In this document: positions 30,673-39,574 of the stretch, piece after piece
Layout of the letters: each line of letters opens with the position of its first letter
Numbering within the stretch: position 1 is the stretch's first letter
IMG/VR virus record: IMGVR_UViG_3300032242_001280
From: a virus
Strand: one strand, 5' to 3'
DNA length: 64,000 nt
Notes under the pieces: model-generated
The model's database searches: none
What the model saw: the letters and a program-made list of their open reading frames with translations, nothing else
Told to the model about the DNA's origin: nothing
Program-made: the position numbers and the translations under genes

Positions 30673-33579
30673 ATGGCAGGATATACCCTTACAACCAGTC
30701 AAACAAGTTTTACGGTAAATGATGGTACAACAAATACTTCAAATACCAGTTTAACCTTGGTTGGAAAAAATTACCCAAATTATGGTCAAATTCTTCAACA
30801 AGACTTAATAAACATGTTGCAGAATTTTGCTGCTGTTGGACAACCTACACATGTTATTCCTGGCCAGCTATGGTGGGATACAGCTAACTTAGTTCTTAAA
30901 GTATATAGCGGAGCTGCATTTAAAAATTTAGCAGCAATAACTTCGTCTGCCACGACTCCATCCAGTGCTGTAATTGCTGGCGATCTTTGGTTTGACAGTA
31001 ATAATGCACAGTTAAATGTTTATACTGGAGCTACTTGGCAACTTGTTGGCCCTGTTTATACAAATACACAAGGTAAAACTGCTGCACTTGCTGATACTAT
31101 TACTGATATTGGTAGTAATAGCCACACAGTATTAAAGTTATTCGTTGGTAACACTATTGTTGCTATTGTTAGTAAGGATGCTACATTTACACCCGCAACT
31201 CCTATATCTGGATTTGCTACTATCAATCCAGGTTACAATAATAATACTAATATCTTTGGTGTTGCTGGTTCTGGTACACTTGTTGGTATTGTGCTTACTA
31301 ACGCTCAGCCGTATATTAACAGTTTAGGAACATTAAGCAGTTTAACAGTTTCAAGTCCAATTGTAGGCAGCGTATTATATAACGCAGCAACAGTTACCAC
31401 TGCTGCGCAACCCAATATTACGAGTACGGGTACTCTCACAAGTGTCACAACAACTGGAACAGTAGCTGCTCCAGTTATTAACGGCGGCACTATTGGTAAT
31501 ACGGGTGCAGTATTTACTGGTATATCTGCAACAGTTAACACTGTTAACGCTGGACAAATTGGTAATGCTAGCACTACTAATTTAATAGGCACACTGACAA
31601 CTGCTGCTCAACCTAATATTACAAGCACTGGCACTCTCGGATCACTTACCGTTACTAATGGCGTTCAAGCAAATACTCATACTGGCGTAGCAATGTACGC
31701 AGGTACAATTGGTAATAGCGGCGCAAATCATTATGGCGCTACTGTTGTAACAACAGGTAACATTTATAGTGGTGGAAATATTATTGCTGCGGCAACAACT
31801 GCGGCAACAAGCGAAACAACTGGTGCAGTAGTAGTGGCTGGTGGCGTTGGTATTGCTGGAAGTTTATATATAAAAGGCGGATTAACAGTTGTTGGAACTA
31901 CAACATATATTGGGCAATCAACCTCAAGTACTACGCTAGCTGCTCCTGGAATTAACGCTGGCTTGATTGGCAACAGCGGTGCACTATTGCAAGGTACGCT
32001 AATTGCAGCCAGCGCAAGCCAACCAAATATTACAACTGTTGGTACACTAGTAGGTGGAACTTGGAATTCTACTATTATTTCTCCTGCATACGGTGGCACA
32101 GGCATTAATAATGACACCAATACCCTAACACTAACAGGCGGAAACTATACTCTTAACCAAGCCGTTACAAGTGGCGCATCACCTACTTTTGCTGCTACTA
32201 ATTTTACTGGATCGAGTGGCATCACTGGTCTTGGAACAATCACCAGTGGTATTTGGCAAGGAACACTTATCGGACCAACCTATGGCGGTACTGGCGTAAA
32301 CAATGGAACAAATACTTTAACGCTAAGCGGTAGCTATACGCTAAATCAATCGGTAGCAAGCGGCGCGTCACCTACATTTACTGCTACTAACTTTACTGGT
32401 ACAAGTGGTATCACTGGTCTTGGTACAGTTACAACAGGTGCATGGAATGCTTCTCCAGTATATCCACAATTTGGTGGTACTGGCGTAAACAACGGAACAA
32501 ATACGCTTACAATAAGCGGCGCAAGTCGTACATTGGATCAAAGTGTGGCTAGTGGCGCTGCACCAACATTTACTGCGACTAATTTTACTGGCGCAAGTGG
32601 TATCACTGGCCTTGGTACTATCGCAACAGGTGTATGGAATGGTACTGCCATTGGTCCAACTTATGGTGGAACTGGTGTAAACAATGGCACAAATACTCTA
32701 ACAGTGAGCGGTAACTATACTTTAAATCAAAGTGTAGCTAGTGGCGCTGCCCCAACATTTGCTGCTACTAACATCACTGGCGCAAGTGGCATCACTGGTC
32801 TTGGTACTGTAACTGTTCCAATTGTTTCAAGTGCAAATATAACTGCACGAACCGCCAATGTGTATGCTGCATACAATGTTGCTAATACTGCTACGGTTAG
32901 TGCTGCGTATTACTGGGCAAACGGTGTTTCATTGGGCGGCGGCACAGGCGGTGTAACAAGTGTTGCTGGTACTGGTAGTATTCTTGTTAGTGGTACGGGC
33001 AGTGGACCATATACTGGCGCTGTCACTATAGATACTATACAAGGTTTAGCTACTACTTCTACGCCAACATTCGCTGGTTTAACTGTGCCTTCTATTACTC
33101 ATAGCGGAACAAGCGGCACTGGTGATATTGGTGCGAGTGGAAATAAATTTGGTACTGTTTATGCAACTGCCGCAACTGCGCAATACGCTGACTTAGCAGA
33201 AAAATATGCAGCAGATGCTGTATATGAGCCAGGAACAGTAGTTGAATTTGGTGGAGAAGCCGAAGTCACTATTAGCGATACACCAAATTCAATACATGTT
33301 GCTGGTATAGTTTCTAGTAAACCAGCTTATCTTATGAATGATGATTTAGAATCCGAATACATTGTATCTCTTGCACTTGTTGGTCGTGTTCCTTGTAAAG
33401 TAATTGGACCTGTTCGCAAAGGCAACATGATGGTTAGTGCTGGAAATGGAATGGCAAAGGCATTTGTTCCAGATATGTTGAAGTCCCAACCAGACATGGG
33501 CAGCGTATTAGGAAAAGCATTAGAAAATATTAATGATGATAGTATTCAAACAATAGAAATCGTAGTCGGCGTAAGATAA
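30673..33579 (+). CDS. Tail fibre with C-terminal autoproteolytic intramolecular chaperone (peptidase G2-like)
   Basis: Shared N-domain; four ~61-aa GGTG repeats; C-terminal AQYADLAEKY...GIVS-KPAYLMN...ALVGRVPCKV. Confidence 0.85.
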   Translation: MAGYTLTTSQTSFTVNDGTTNTSNTSLTLVGKNYPNYGQILQQDLINMLQNFAAVGQPTHVIPGQLWWDTANLVLKVYSGAAFKNLAAITSSATTPSSAVIAGDLWFDSNNAQLNVYTGATWQLVGPVYTNTQGKTAALADTITDIGSNSHTVLKLFVGNTIVAIVSKDATFTPATPISGFATINPGYNNNTNIFGVAGSGTLVGIVLTNAQPYINSLGTLSSLTVSSPIVGSVLYNAATVTTAAQPNITSTGTLTSVTTTGTVAAPVINGGTIGNTGAVFTGISATVNTVNAGQIGNASTTNLIGTLTTAAQPNITSTGTLGSLTVTNGVQANTHTGVAMYAGTIGNSGANHYGATVVTTGNIYSGGNIIAAATTAATSETTGAVVVAGGVGIAGSLYIKGGLTVVGTTTYIGQSTSSTTLAAPGINAGLIGNSGALLQGTLIAASASQPNITTVGTLVGGTWNSTIISPAYGGTGINNDTNTLTLTGGNYTLNQAVTSGASPTFAATNFTGSSGITGLGTITSGIWQGTLIGPTYGGTGVNNGTNTLTLSGSYTLNQSVASGASPTFTATNFTGTSGITGLGTVTTGAWNASPVYPQFGGTGVNNGTNTLTISGASRTLDQSVASGAAPTFTATNFTGASGITGLGTIATGVWNGTAIGPTYGGTGVNNGTNTLTVSGNYTLNQSVASGAAPTFAATNITGASGITGLGTVTVPIVSSANITARTANVYAAYNVANTATVSAAYYWANGVSLGGGTGGVTSVAGTGSILVSGTGSGPYTGAVTIDTIQGLATTSTPTFAGLTVPSITHSGTSGTGDIGASGNKFGTVYATAATAQYADLAEKYAADAVYEPGTVVEFGGEAEVTISDTPNSIHVAGIVSSKPAYLMNDDLESEYIVSLALVGRVPCKVIGPVRKGNMMVSAGNGMAKAFVPDMLKSQPDMGSVLGKALENINDDSIQTIEIVVGVR
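32040..32810 (+). repeat. Four ~61-aa fibre repeats
   Basis: Repeated W-GT-I-PTYGGTGVNNGTNTLT-SG-YTLNQSVASGA-PTF-ATNFTG-SGITGLGT unit. Confidence 0.9.
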
Positions 33580-33589
33580 AGGAAATAAT

Positions 33590-33988
33590 ATGTCAAGTTT
33601 ATCAGTAGCATTTTATCAACATGATGATGAAGAAATACCAGCACAAAGTATTGTTGTTTTTGGCGGTGAAAGAGATGTAACAATCAGCACAACTTCACAC
33701 GATCCTCGTGTCGCAGGTATTGCAATTGATCCTACAGCAGATGCTGAATTAACGCTTACTAATTTTGGGCTAAACGCTTGTTCAACTTTTGCTGTTATGG
33801 GAGTAGTTCCATGCAGCGTTCAAGGACCAATTTCAAAAGGCGATTGCGTAGTCACTAGTAGCATTGCTGGTGTTGGAGAAAAACTTGATCCAAAGAAATA
33901 TGTGCATGGATGCATTCTAGGCAAGTCAATTGAAAATATCCAAGATAACAGTATTCAAATTATTCAGGTTGCGGTTGGAATTAAATAA
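33590..33988 (+). CDS. Stand-alone tail-fibre chaperone domain (peptidase G2-like, ADLAE motif absent)
   Basis: 132 aa paralogous to the C-terminal domains of the two preceding fibres (VVFGGE-DVTIS...VAGI...G-VPC-V-GP--KGD...LGK--ENI-D-SIQ-I---VG). Confidence 0.75.
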   Translation: MSSLSVAFYQHDDEEIPAQSIVVFGGERDVTISTTSHDPRVAGIAIDPTADAELTLTNFGLNACSTFAVMGVVPCSVQGPISKGDCVVTSSIAGVGEKLDPKKYVHGCILGKSIENIQDNSIQIIQVAVGIK

Positions 33989-34010
33989 ATACAACCGTGG
34001 GAAATAAAAT

Positions 34011-34943
34011 ATGTCGTATTTAAGTGGCGGATTAATACAGTTAGCTGACTATAACAGTCGTATTACTGGTATTAATAATCTTTGGAGCACAGGTAGCGGC
34101 TCAAATGGATATGGTCAAACTGCACTCGGCAGCGCCAGCGCCAGTAGCATTGTAACTGCTACTCAATGGACAACACTTATAAGCACGATGTCTACCATGC
34201 AACAACATCAGTTTAATAATACTACTGGTGTTCCTGCATCTCCATCAGCAGGTAGTATTATTACATATTTGAGTGCAGTAGACACTGAAATCAGTTCACT
34301 TATTACTAATAAGTTGACTACCGCAGCAGCAGGTACAAGCTTATCTAATGCGGCAACAAATGCATCATCTTGGGATGGTCACGCTACTCGTACATTTGTT
34401 CTTACCTTTCCAAGTGCTGACCAGCTTCGTTATTTCTTCAACGCTGGCGGTTATGTTCAACTTAATTTTACTGGAACATCGCTTAGCGGAAATACAAAAA
34501 GCACTTATTGGAATACTTTCTTGACAAGTGGGTTTGGAACATATACTTTAAAAGCAACTTCTTCAAGTTATACTGGAACTGGTTTTACTCCAACTACAAA
34601 CTTAACTGGTAGCGGTTATTATAATCTTTCCAACAATGCGTTTACTACTCTTTTCAAGATGCTTGATAGTCCAAGTTCCGTCGATTATATTAATAACTTT
34701 GTTCAAGTTGATTTTGCTGGTGGTGGAACTTCAACAAACGGTGGTTTTGGTGCAACTCTCATTGCCAATGTTACCCTCAGAGATGCTGCTGCCGATGTGG
34801 TAAATGACCAAGTTACAGGAACACTTACTTGTAATATGGTTGTTGTTCCGCCATGGGATACAACACATAATGCTGGAAAAATAGCAAACTCTTGGGGAAC
34901 ATATACATTAGTTTCTAATGTTAATACCCAAGGCGTATATTAA
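34011..34943 (+). CDS. Virion structural protein (putative tail-associated)
   Basis: 310 aa, S/T/G-rich; GYGQ and LRYFFNAGG motifs; preceded by a TAAATA motif. Confidence 0.6.
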   Translation: MSYLSGGLIQLADYNSRITGINNLWSTGSGSNGYGQTALGSASASSIVTATQWTTLISTMSTMQQHQFNNTTGVPASPSAGSIITYLSAVDTEISSLITNKLTTAAAGTSLSNAATNASSWDGHATRTFVLTFPSADQLRYFFNAGGYVQLNFTGTSLSGNTKSTYWNTFLTSGFGTYTLKATSSSYTGTGFTPTTNLTGSGYYNLSNNAFTTLFKMLDSPSSVDYINNFVQVDFAGGGTSTNGGFGATLIANVTLRDAAADVVNDQVTGTLTCNMVVVPPWDTTHNAGKIANSWGTYTLVSNVNTQGVY

Positions 34944-34946
34944 TAA

Positions 34947-34975
34947 TTGACATTTTTTAATCATTATATTATAAT
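34947..34975 (+). promoter_or_regulatory. Consensus sigma70 promoter of the GT/radical-SAM operon
   Basis: TTGACA (34947-52), 17 nt, TATAAT (34970-75); ATG follows 6 nt later. Confidence 0.88.
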
Positions 34976-34981
34976 TTTAAT

Positions 34982-35329
34982 ATGAACACAGAACAATTGC
35001 GCGATGCAGCCAGAGTAGCGTATGATCGTGAACTGGCAAAACAAAATATCAATACTGCCATAGAATCACGAATGACCGTAAATTATAATGGCGGTATGTT
35101 TATTGTAACCCAAGAACTTATTGCTTTCTTAAATGCTTGGCTGCCAACTCCAAATCTTTCACTAAATTCTGATGGCAAAATTTATATGATGGATGCCTAT
35201 GATGTTCCAGTTAAAGTTCTTCCATACGAACTATTGCACATTTGTCAACGCCGTTGGTATGAAGTAATGAACGAGTTTGCAGCAGAATACTCAGATTTTA
35301 CAAAGATTCGTAATGCAAAACAACTATGA
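34982..35329 (+). CDS. Hypothetical protein, first gene of the modification operon
   Basis: 115-aa ORF directly after a perfect sigma70 promoter; overlaps the next gene. Confidence 0.75.
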   Translation: MNTEQLRDAARVAYDRELAKQNINTAIESRMTVNYNGGMFIVTQELIAFLNAWLPTPNLSLNSDGKIYMMDAYDVPVKVLPYELLHICQRRWYEVMNEFAAEYSDFTKIRNAKQL

Positions 35330-36074
35330 AGGTTGTCTTATTGTTGCGTTTGATACAAAAGAAATCAATTATACGCAACAGGCAATTGAAGCTGCCAATC
35401 GAGTTAAGAAATATATAGGCATCCCTGTTACCATTGTAACAGATGATGAGACATTAGATTATAATAAAATAATTGTTGAACGACCAGTCAACAATAAACG
35501 AGGGTTCATAAACAATCCTCCACGCGATTGGTATAATCTTGTAAGAACTCAGTTATATGATTTAACGCCGTATGATCGTACTCTTGTAATTGATAGTGAT
35601 TTTTATATTTCAACAAGCTCGTTATTACCACATATTAAATCTTCTCGTGATTTTTTAATAGCAAAAGAAATATATGACATAGCGCGAGGCAAAACAAAAA
35701 TTGAAAAGATACACAGCAGTCCTATACCTATGTATTGGGCAACTATAATGATTTTTAATAAATCTAGTGAAGCTGCGACTATATTTGAAATGGCAAAAAA
35801 TATTCAAAAACACTATGCATATTATGCTTCGCTATATGGGTTTCACACAAAACCTGTTAGAAATGATTATATTTTTAGTATTGCTTGTCATTTAACAGGT
35901 GGTTATGGATTACGAGATTATGGATTAAAAAATTATCCATTAATAAACTGTGATGCTAGATCAGAATATGTTAGTTGGAAAGATAATAAGTTAATCTATT
36001 ACTATGAAGGTAACCAATGGATAAACCGCTTATCTAATGTTGATTTACATTTGATGAATAAGGACCAAATATGA
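35313..36074 (+). CDS. Putative GT-A glycosyltransferase (GT8-like)
   Basis: LYDLTPYDRTLVIDSDF with a DxD motif. Start moved to ATG 35313 (MQNNYEG); the ORF track start is a TTG. Confidence 0.7.
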   Translation: MQNNYEGCLIVAFDTKEINYTQQAIEAANRVKKYIGIPVTIVTDDETLDYNKIIVERPVNNKRGFINNPPRDWYNLVRTQLYDLTPYDRTLVIDSDFYISTSSLLPHIKSSRDFLIAKEIYDIARGKTKIEKIHSSPIPMYWATIMIFNKSSEAATIFEMAKNIQKHYAYYASLYGFHTKPVRNDYIFSIACHLTGGYGLRDYGLKNYPLINCDARSEYVSWKDNKLIYYYEGNQWINRLSNVDLHLMNKDQI

Positions 36075-36913
36075 GTCAGGGCTACCTTTGTATCGCACAG
36101 AATAGTAGTAGCGTTGATTATCTTCGCATGGCATATCTTCAAGCATTAAGTTGTAAGTTGACACAATCACATGTGCGCAATTTTAGTGTTATTGTAGACA
36201 AAGAAACCGCAGAACAAGTCACAGATAATCAACGAGAAGTATTTGATAAAGTTATTATTCTTAAAAAAGATTTAGCTGAAAATAGTAAAATAAAACAGCA
36301 AAACGAATCGCAGGTATTTGCTTGCAGTCCATATAAAGAAACCATAAAAACAGAAGCAGATATGTTATTTACATGTGATGTAAGTTGGTTATGGAACATA
36401 TATTCGCAATATATAATGAATTTTACGCAAACCGTTTATACATATAACCATGATATAATTACTAATCGCAGTCAACGAAAATTGTTTGATGATAGTTTTC
36501 TGCCAAACATCTATAGCGCATGGACATACTTTAGCTATGATTTGCAATCTAAGAAATTTTATGATACAATACGCATGATAATGGATGATTGGAATTGGTA
36601 TAGAGATGAATATCTAATAAACTGTAGATATGAAACTCCTAGAACAGACGAAGTATATGCAATAGCTGCTCGTGCTATGAATGCGCCACTTGATAATATA
36701 AATTTTGGATTTGTTCACATGAAATCACAGTTACAAAATATTCGAATACATGATTGGACTAAAGAAATATATACAGAAGTTCATGATGATTTTGGGGTAG
36801 TGTTAGGATTTCATCGGCAAACGCGACCGCTACACTATCATCTTAAAACATTTGTAACCGATGAATTAATAGATAGATATGAGTATGGCTTCAAAAAACA
36901 ACTTTTGGGATGA
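36071..36913 (+). CDS. Putative GT-A glycosyltransferase, paralogue of the preceding gene
   Basis: SPYKETIKTEADMLF aligns with the TPYDRTLVIDSDF motif (ExD variant); ATGA overlap with the upstream stop. Confidence 0.65.
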   Translation: MSQGYLCIAQNSSSVDYLRMAYLQALSCKLTQSHVRNFSVIVDKETAEQVTDNQREVFDKVIILKKDLAENSKIKQQNESQVFACSPYKETIKTEADMLFTCDVSWLWNIYSQYIMNFTQTVYTYNHDIITNRSQRKLFDDSFLPNIYSAWTYFSYDLQSKKFYDTIRMIMDDWNWYRDEYLINCRYETPRTDEVYAIAARAMNAPLDNINFGFVHMKSQLQNIRIHDWTKEIYTEVHDDFGVVLGFHRQTRPLHYHLKTFVTDELIDRYEYGFKKQLLG

Positions 36914-37238
36914 AGTAGACGCAGGTTTAGCAAAGTTAGTTCCGCATATTTCTGAAATAAAATATCGTTTATATTATAATACAGAAACTATGCGCGGTGA
37001 AATAATATCTGCGGATGAATTGGAAGGTCCGTGGGTAGATTTTCCCGCTGAAAATATCGGTATACCACCTATGGATTGGCTTGTTAAAAAAGATGGCACT
37101 ATCACACGAGAAGTGTTTACTCTTCCAACTAGAAAAAAATTAATAAAAGGCGGCACTATGTTTTATACACTTAAAAATGATTATCAATTTGCAGTAGATG
37201 CAGATTATCCAGCAGCAATAGGATGGTATTATGACTAA
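36879..37238 (+). CDS. Hypothetical protein
   Basis: 119-aa ORF overlapping both neighbours within the operon. Confidence 0.7.
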   Translation: MSMASKNNFWDEVDAGLAKLVPHISEIKYRLYYNTETMRGEIISADELEGPWVDFPAENIGIPPMDWLVKKDGTITREVFTLPTRKKLIKGGTMFYTLKNDYQFAVDADYPAAIGWYYD

Positions 37239-38169
37239 TATCATTGACATTGCAGAATTAGATTGTATATTTTTAAGTTATAAAGAACCAAATGCAGACG
37301 CTAATTGGGCATTTGTGCGAAGCATTGCGCCATGGGTAAAGCGCGTCCATGGCATAGAAGGCAGTGATGCAGCACACAAGGCTGCTGGATTAGCCAGTGA
37401 AACTGATAGATTTATATTAATTGATGGAGATAATCAGCCTGATCCTGAATTTTTTAATCAACAACTGCGCCTTGCACCAGATAGTGAACACTGTGTATTT
37501 CGTTGGCGAGCAAAGAACGCTATCAACGGTCTTTGCTATGGCAATGGCGGTATCAGCAGTTGGACTAAAGACTTTGTTGCTAATATGCGAACACACGAAG
37601 CTACAGATGGCGGCGATGAAACCGTTGTAGAATTCTGCTATGATAAAGATTATTGGGCAATGCATGATGTATGGAGCACAACTGTTCCAAATTATAGCCC
37701 ACAACAAGCATGGCAAGCAGGATTTCGTGAAGGAGTTAAGTTATGTCTAGATCGCGGTCGTCGTCCATCTGCTGAAGAATTTGAAACTGCTGCATGGAGG
37801 GGTAATCGAGAAAATTTGGTTATTTGGTGCAGTGTTGGTACAGATGTTGAATTTGGAAAATGGGCAATCCTTGGAGCAAGACAAGGCGCATATATGACAA
37901 TGTTTGATGATAGTTGGGATTATCGTGAAGTTCGTGACTTCACAAAATTAGAAAAATTATGGGACGATACCGCAGATGATCAATTTAAAAATATTGACCA
38001 TTACGGAAATGTTTTGCGTAAAAGATTAGATTTAGACATCGTTACACTTTCGCCAGAGCACAGTGCTTGGTATAAAAAACATCAACGCCCATATTATAAC
38101 ATTGATATTATGCTTCCAGAGCGAGATTTTATTAGGACATTACATGAAACAGCTAGACAATTCAGGTGA
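37231..38169 (+). CDS. Putative GT-A glycosyltransferase
   Basis: IFLSYKEPNA...RVHGIEGSDAAH...FILIDGDN (DxD)...YGNGG...AWQAGFREGVKL. Confidence 0.7.
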   Translation: MTNIIDIAELDCIFLSYKEPNADANWAFVRSIAPWVKRVHGIEGSDAAHKAAGLASETDRFILIDGDNQPDPEFFNQQLRLAPDSEHCVFRWRAKNAINGLCYGNGGISSWTKDFVANMRTHEATDGGDETVVEFCYDKDYWAMHDVWSTTVPNYSPQQAWQAGFREGVKLCLDRGRRPSAEEFETAAWRGNRENLVIWCSVGTDVEFGKWAILGARQGAYMTMFDDSWDYREVRDFTKLEKLWDDTADDQFKNIDHYGNVLRKRLDLDIVTLSPEHSAWYKKHQRPYYNIDIMLPERDFIRTLHETARQFR

Positions 38170-39574
38170 TAAGGCTACCGCTGATGAGAGCGGCGTTCTG
38201 CACAGCGACTTCATGTCTAGTGCCGAACAAATGCAAGCAAAGCTTGGACCTGCTCTTTGCTTGGCAAAGTGGCAGCAAACAAGTTTGCACCTAACAACTG
38301 GTCATACCAACAGTTGTTATCACCCACCACTGCACAGGATTGATGCCAATGAGTTACAAGATAACCCCAGTGCGCTCCATAACACCGCTCATAAAAAGAC
38401 CCAGAGAGCACGAATGCTTAGTGGAGAGAAGCCAGAAGAATGTTCATATTGCTGGCGAGTTGAAGCCACGGGAAACCTATCCGACCGACATTACAGATCG
38501 GGAGAACCTTGGGCTGCTGAGAAGTTTAGCGAGATTTTGGTTCAAGACCCTCTAACATGGAATACAAATCCTGCTTATGTAGAAGTAAATTTTAATAGTG
38601 CTTGTAATTTAAAATGTTCATATTGTAGTCCACAATTCAGCAGTAGTTGGATGAAAGAAATCAATGAATACGGTGCTTATCCTACTTCTAATAGTCATAA
38701 TAGTCCTGCTTACTTTCGTGGTGATCGTAAACCTATACCGAATAGGGAAGATAATCCTTATGTCGATGCGTTCTGGCGATGGTGGCCCGAACTCTACCCT
38801 AACCTAAAACATTTCCGCATGACAGGTGGCGAGCCTCTTATGGATCGCAATACCTATCGCGTATTTGATTATGTGTTAGACCATCCAAAGAAAGATTTAC
38901 ATCTTAATGTAACTAGTAACTTTAGCCAAGATGAATATGTGTTTGACAAATATCTAACTTATGTCAATCATATGTGTGGCAACGGTGTGTTAGAACATTT
39001 TATGCAGTTTGTATCTATTGATGGATTTGGGGAACGCGCCGAATATGCTCGTCATGGATTAGATTTTGCTTTAATGAAAAGTAATGTAGAAAAATTTTTG
39101 ACCGATGTGCCTTATCGCAATAGTGTAACATTTATTATTACAATGAACTCTCTTAATGTTACTAGCTTGCAAGATTTGCTAGAATGGATTCTTGAACTTC
39201 GTGCTAAACACAGCAAAACTTATCAGCGTGTTTGGTTTGATACTCCTATTTTGCGCGAACCAGCTTGGCAATGCATAGATCAGTTGCCACAAAGTTATAC
39301 TTGGAAATTAGAAAAAATTGTAGAATGGATGCGTCCACAGATTGAAACTCTTGATACTAGATTTAATGGCTTCAAAGATTATGAAATTTCTAAGTTACAA
39401 CGAGTCGTAGATTGGAAACGCGATAATCAAAAGAACGATACTGTTGTTCAAGCAGATTTCTATCGTTTCTTTAATGAACATGATGCTCGTCGTAAGACAA
39501 ATTTTCTTGAAACATTTCCAGAAATGAGCGATTGGTATAACAACTGTAAGTATTGGGCAGATAATGCGAAGTAA
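38144..39574 (+). CDS. Radical SAM protein with N-terminal Twitch/SPASM-like Cys motif (paralogue 1)
   Basis: CNLKCSYC (CxxxCxxC) and TGGEP; N-terminal CLAKW...SCYH...CSYCW. Start placed at ATG 38144 after AGGA. Confidence 0.92.
   Translation: MKQLDNSGDKATADESGVLHSDFMSSAEQMQAKLGPALCLAKWQQTSLHLTTGHTNSCYHPPLHRIDANELQDNPSALHNTAHKKTQRARMLSGEKPEECSYCWRVEATGNLSDRHYRSGEPWAAEKFSEILVQDPLTWNTNPAYVEVNFNSACNLKCSYCSPQFSSSWMKEINEYGAYPTSNSHNSPAYFRGDRKPIPNREDNPYVDAFWRWWPELYPNLKHFRMTGGEPLMDRNTYRVFDYVLDHPKKDLHLNVTSNFSQDEYVFDKYLTYVNHMCGNGVLEHFMQFVSIDGFGERAEYARHGLDFALMKSNVEKFLTDVPYRNSVTFIITMNSLNVTSLQDLLEWILELRAKHSKTYQRVWFDTPILREPAWQCIDQLPQSYTWKLEKIVEWMRPQIETLDTRFNGFKDYEISKLQRVVDWKRDNQKNDTVVQADFYRFFNEHDARRKTNFLETFPEMSDWYNNCKYWADNAK

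Noticed and set aside
721-32120. Many minus-strand ORFs over the structural genes
   Set aside because: These are antisense shadows of G/T/A/N-rich coding frames, with no RBS or promoter support.
24880-32810. Diversity-generating retroelement TR/VR pair in the fibre repeats
   Set aside because: The repeats are in-frame shaft units, differences are not visibly adenine-specific, and there is no reverse transcriptase in the window.
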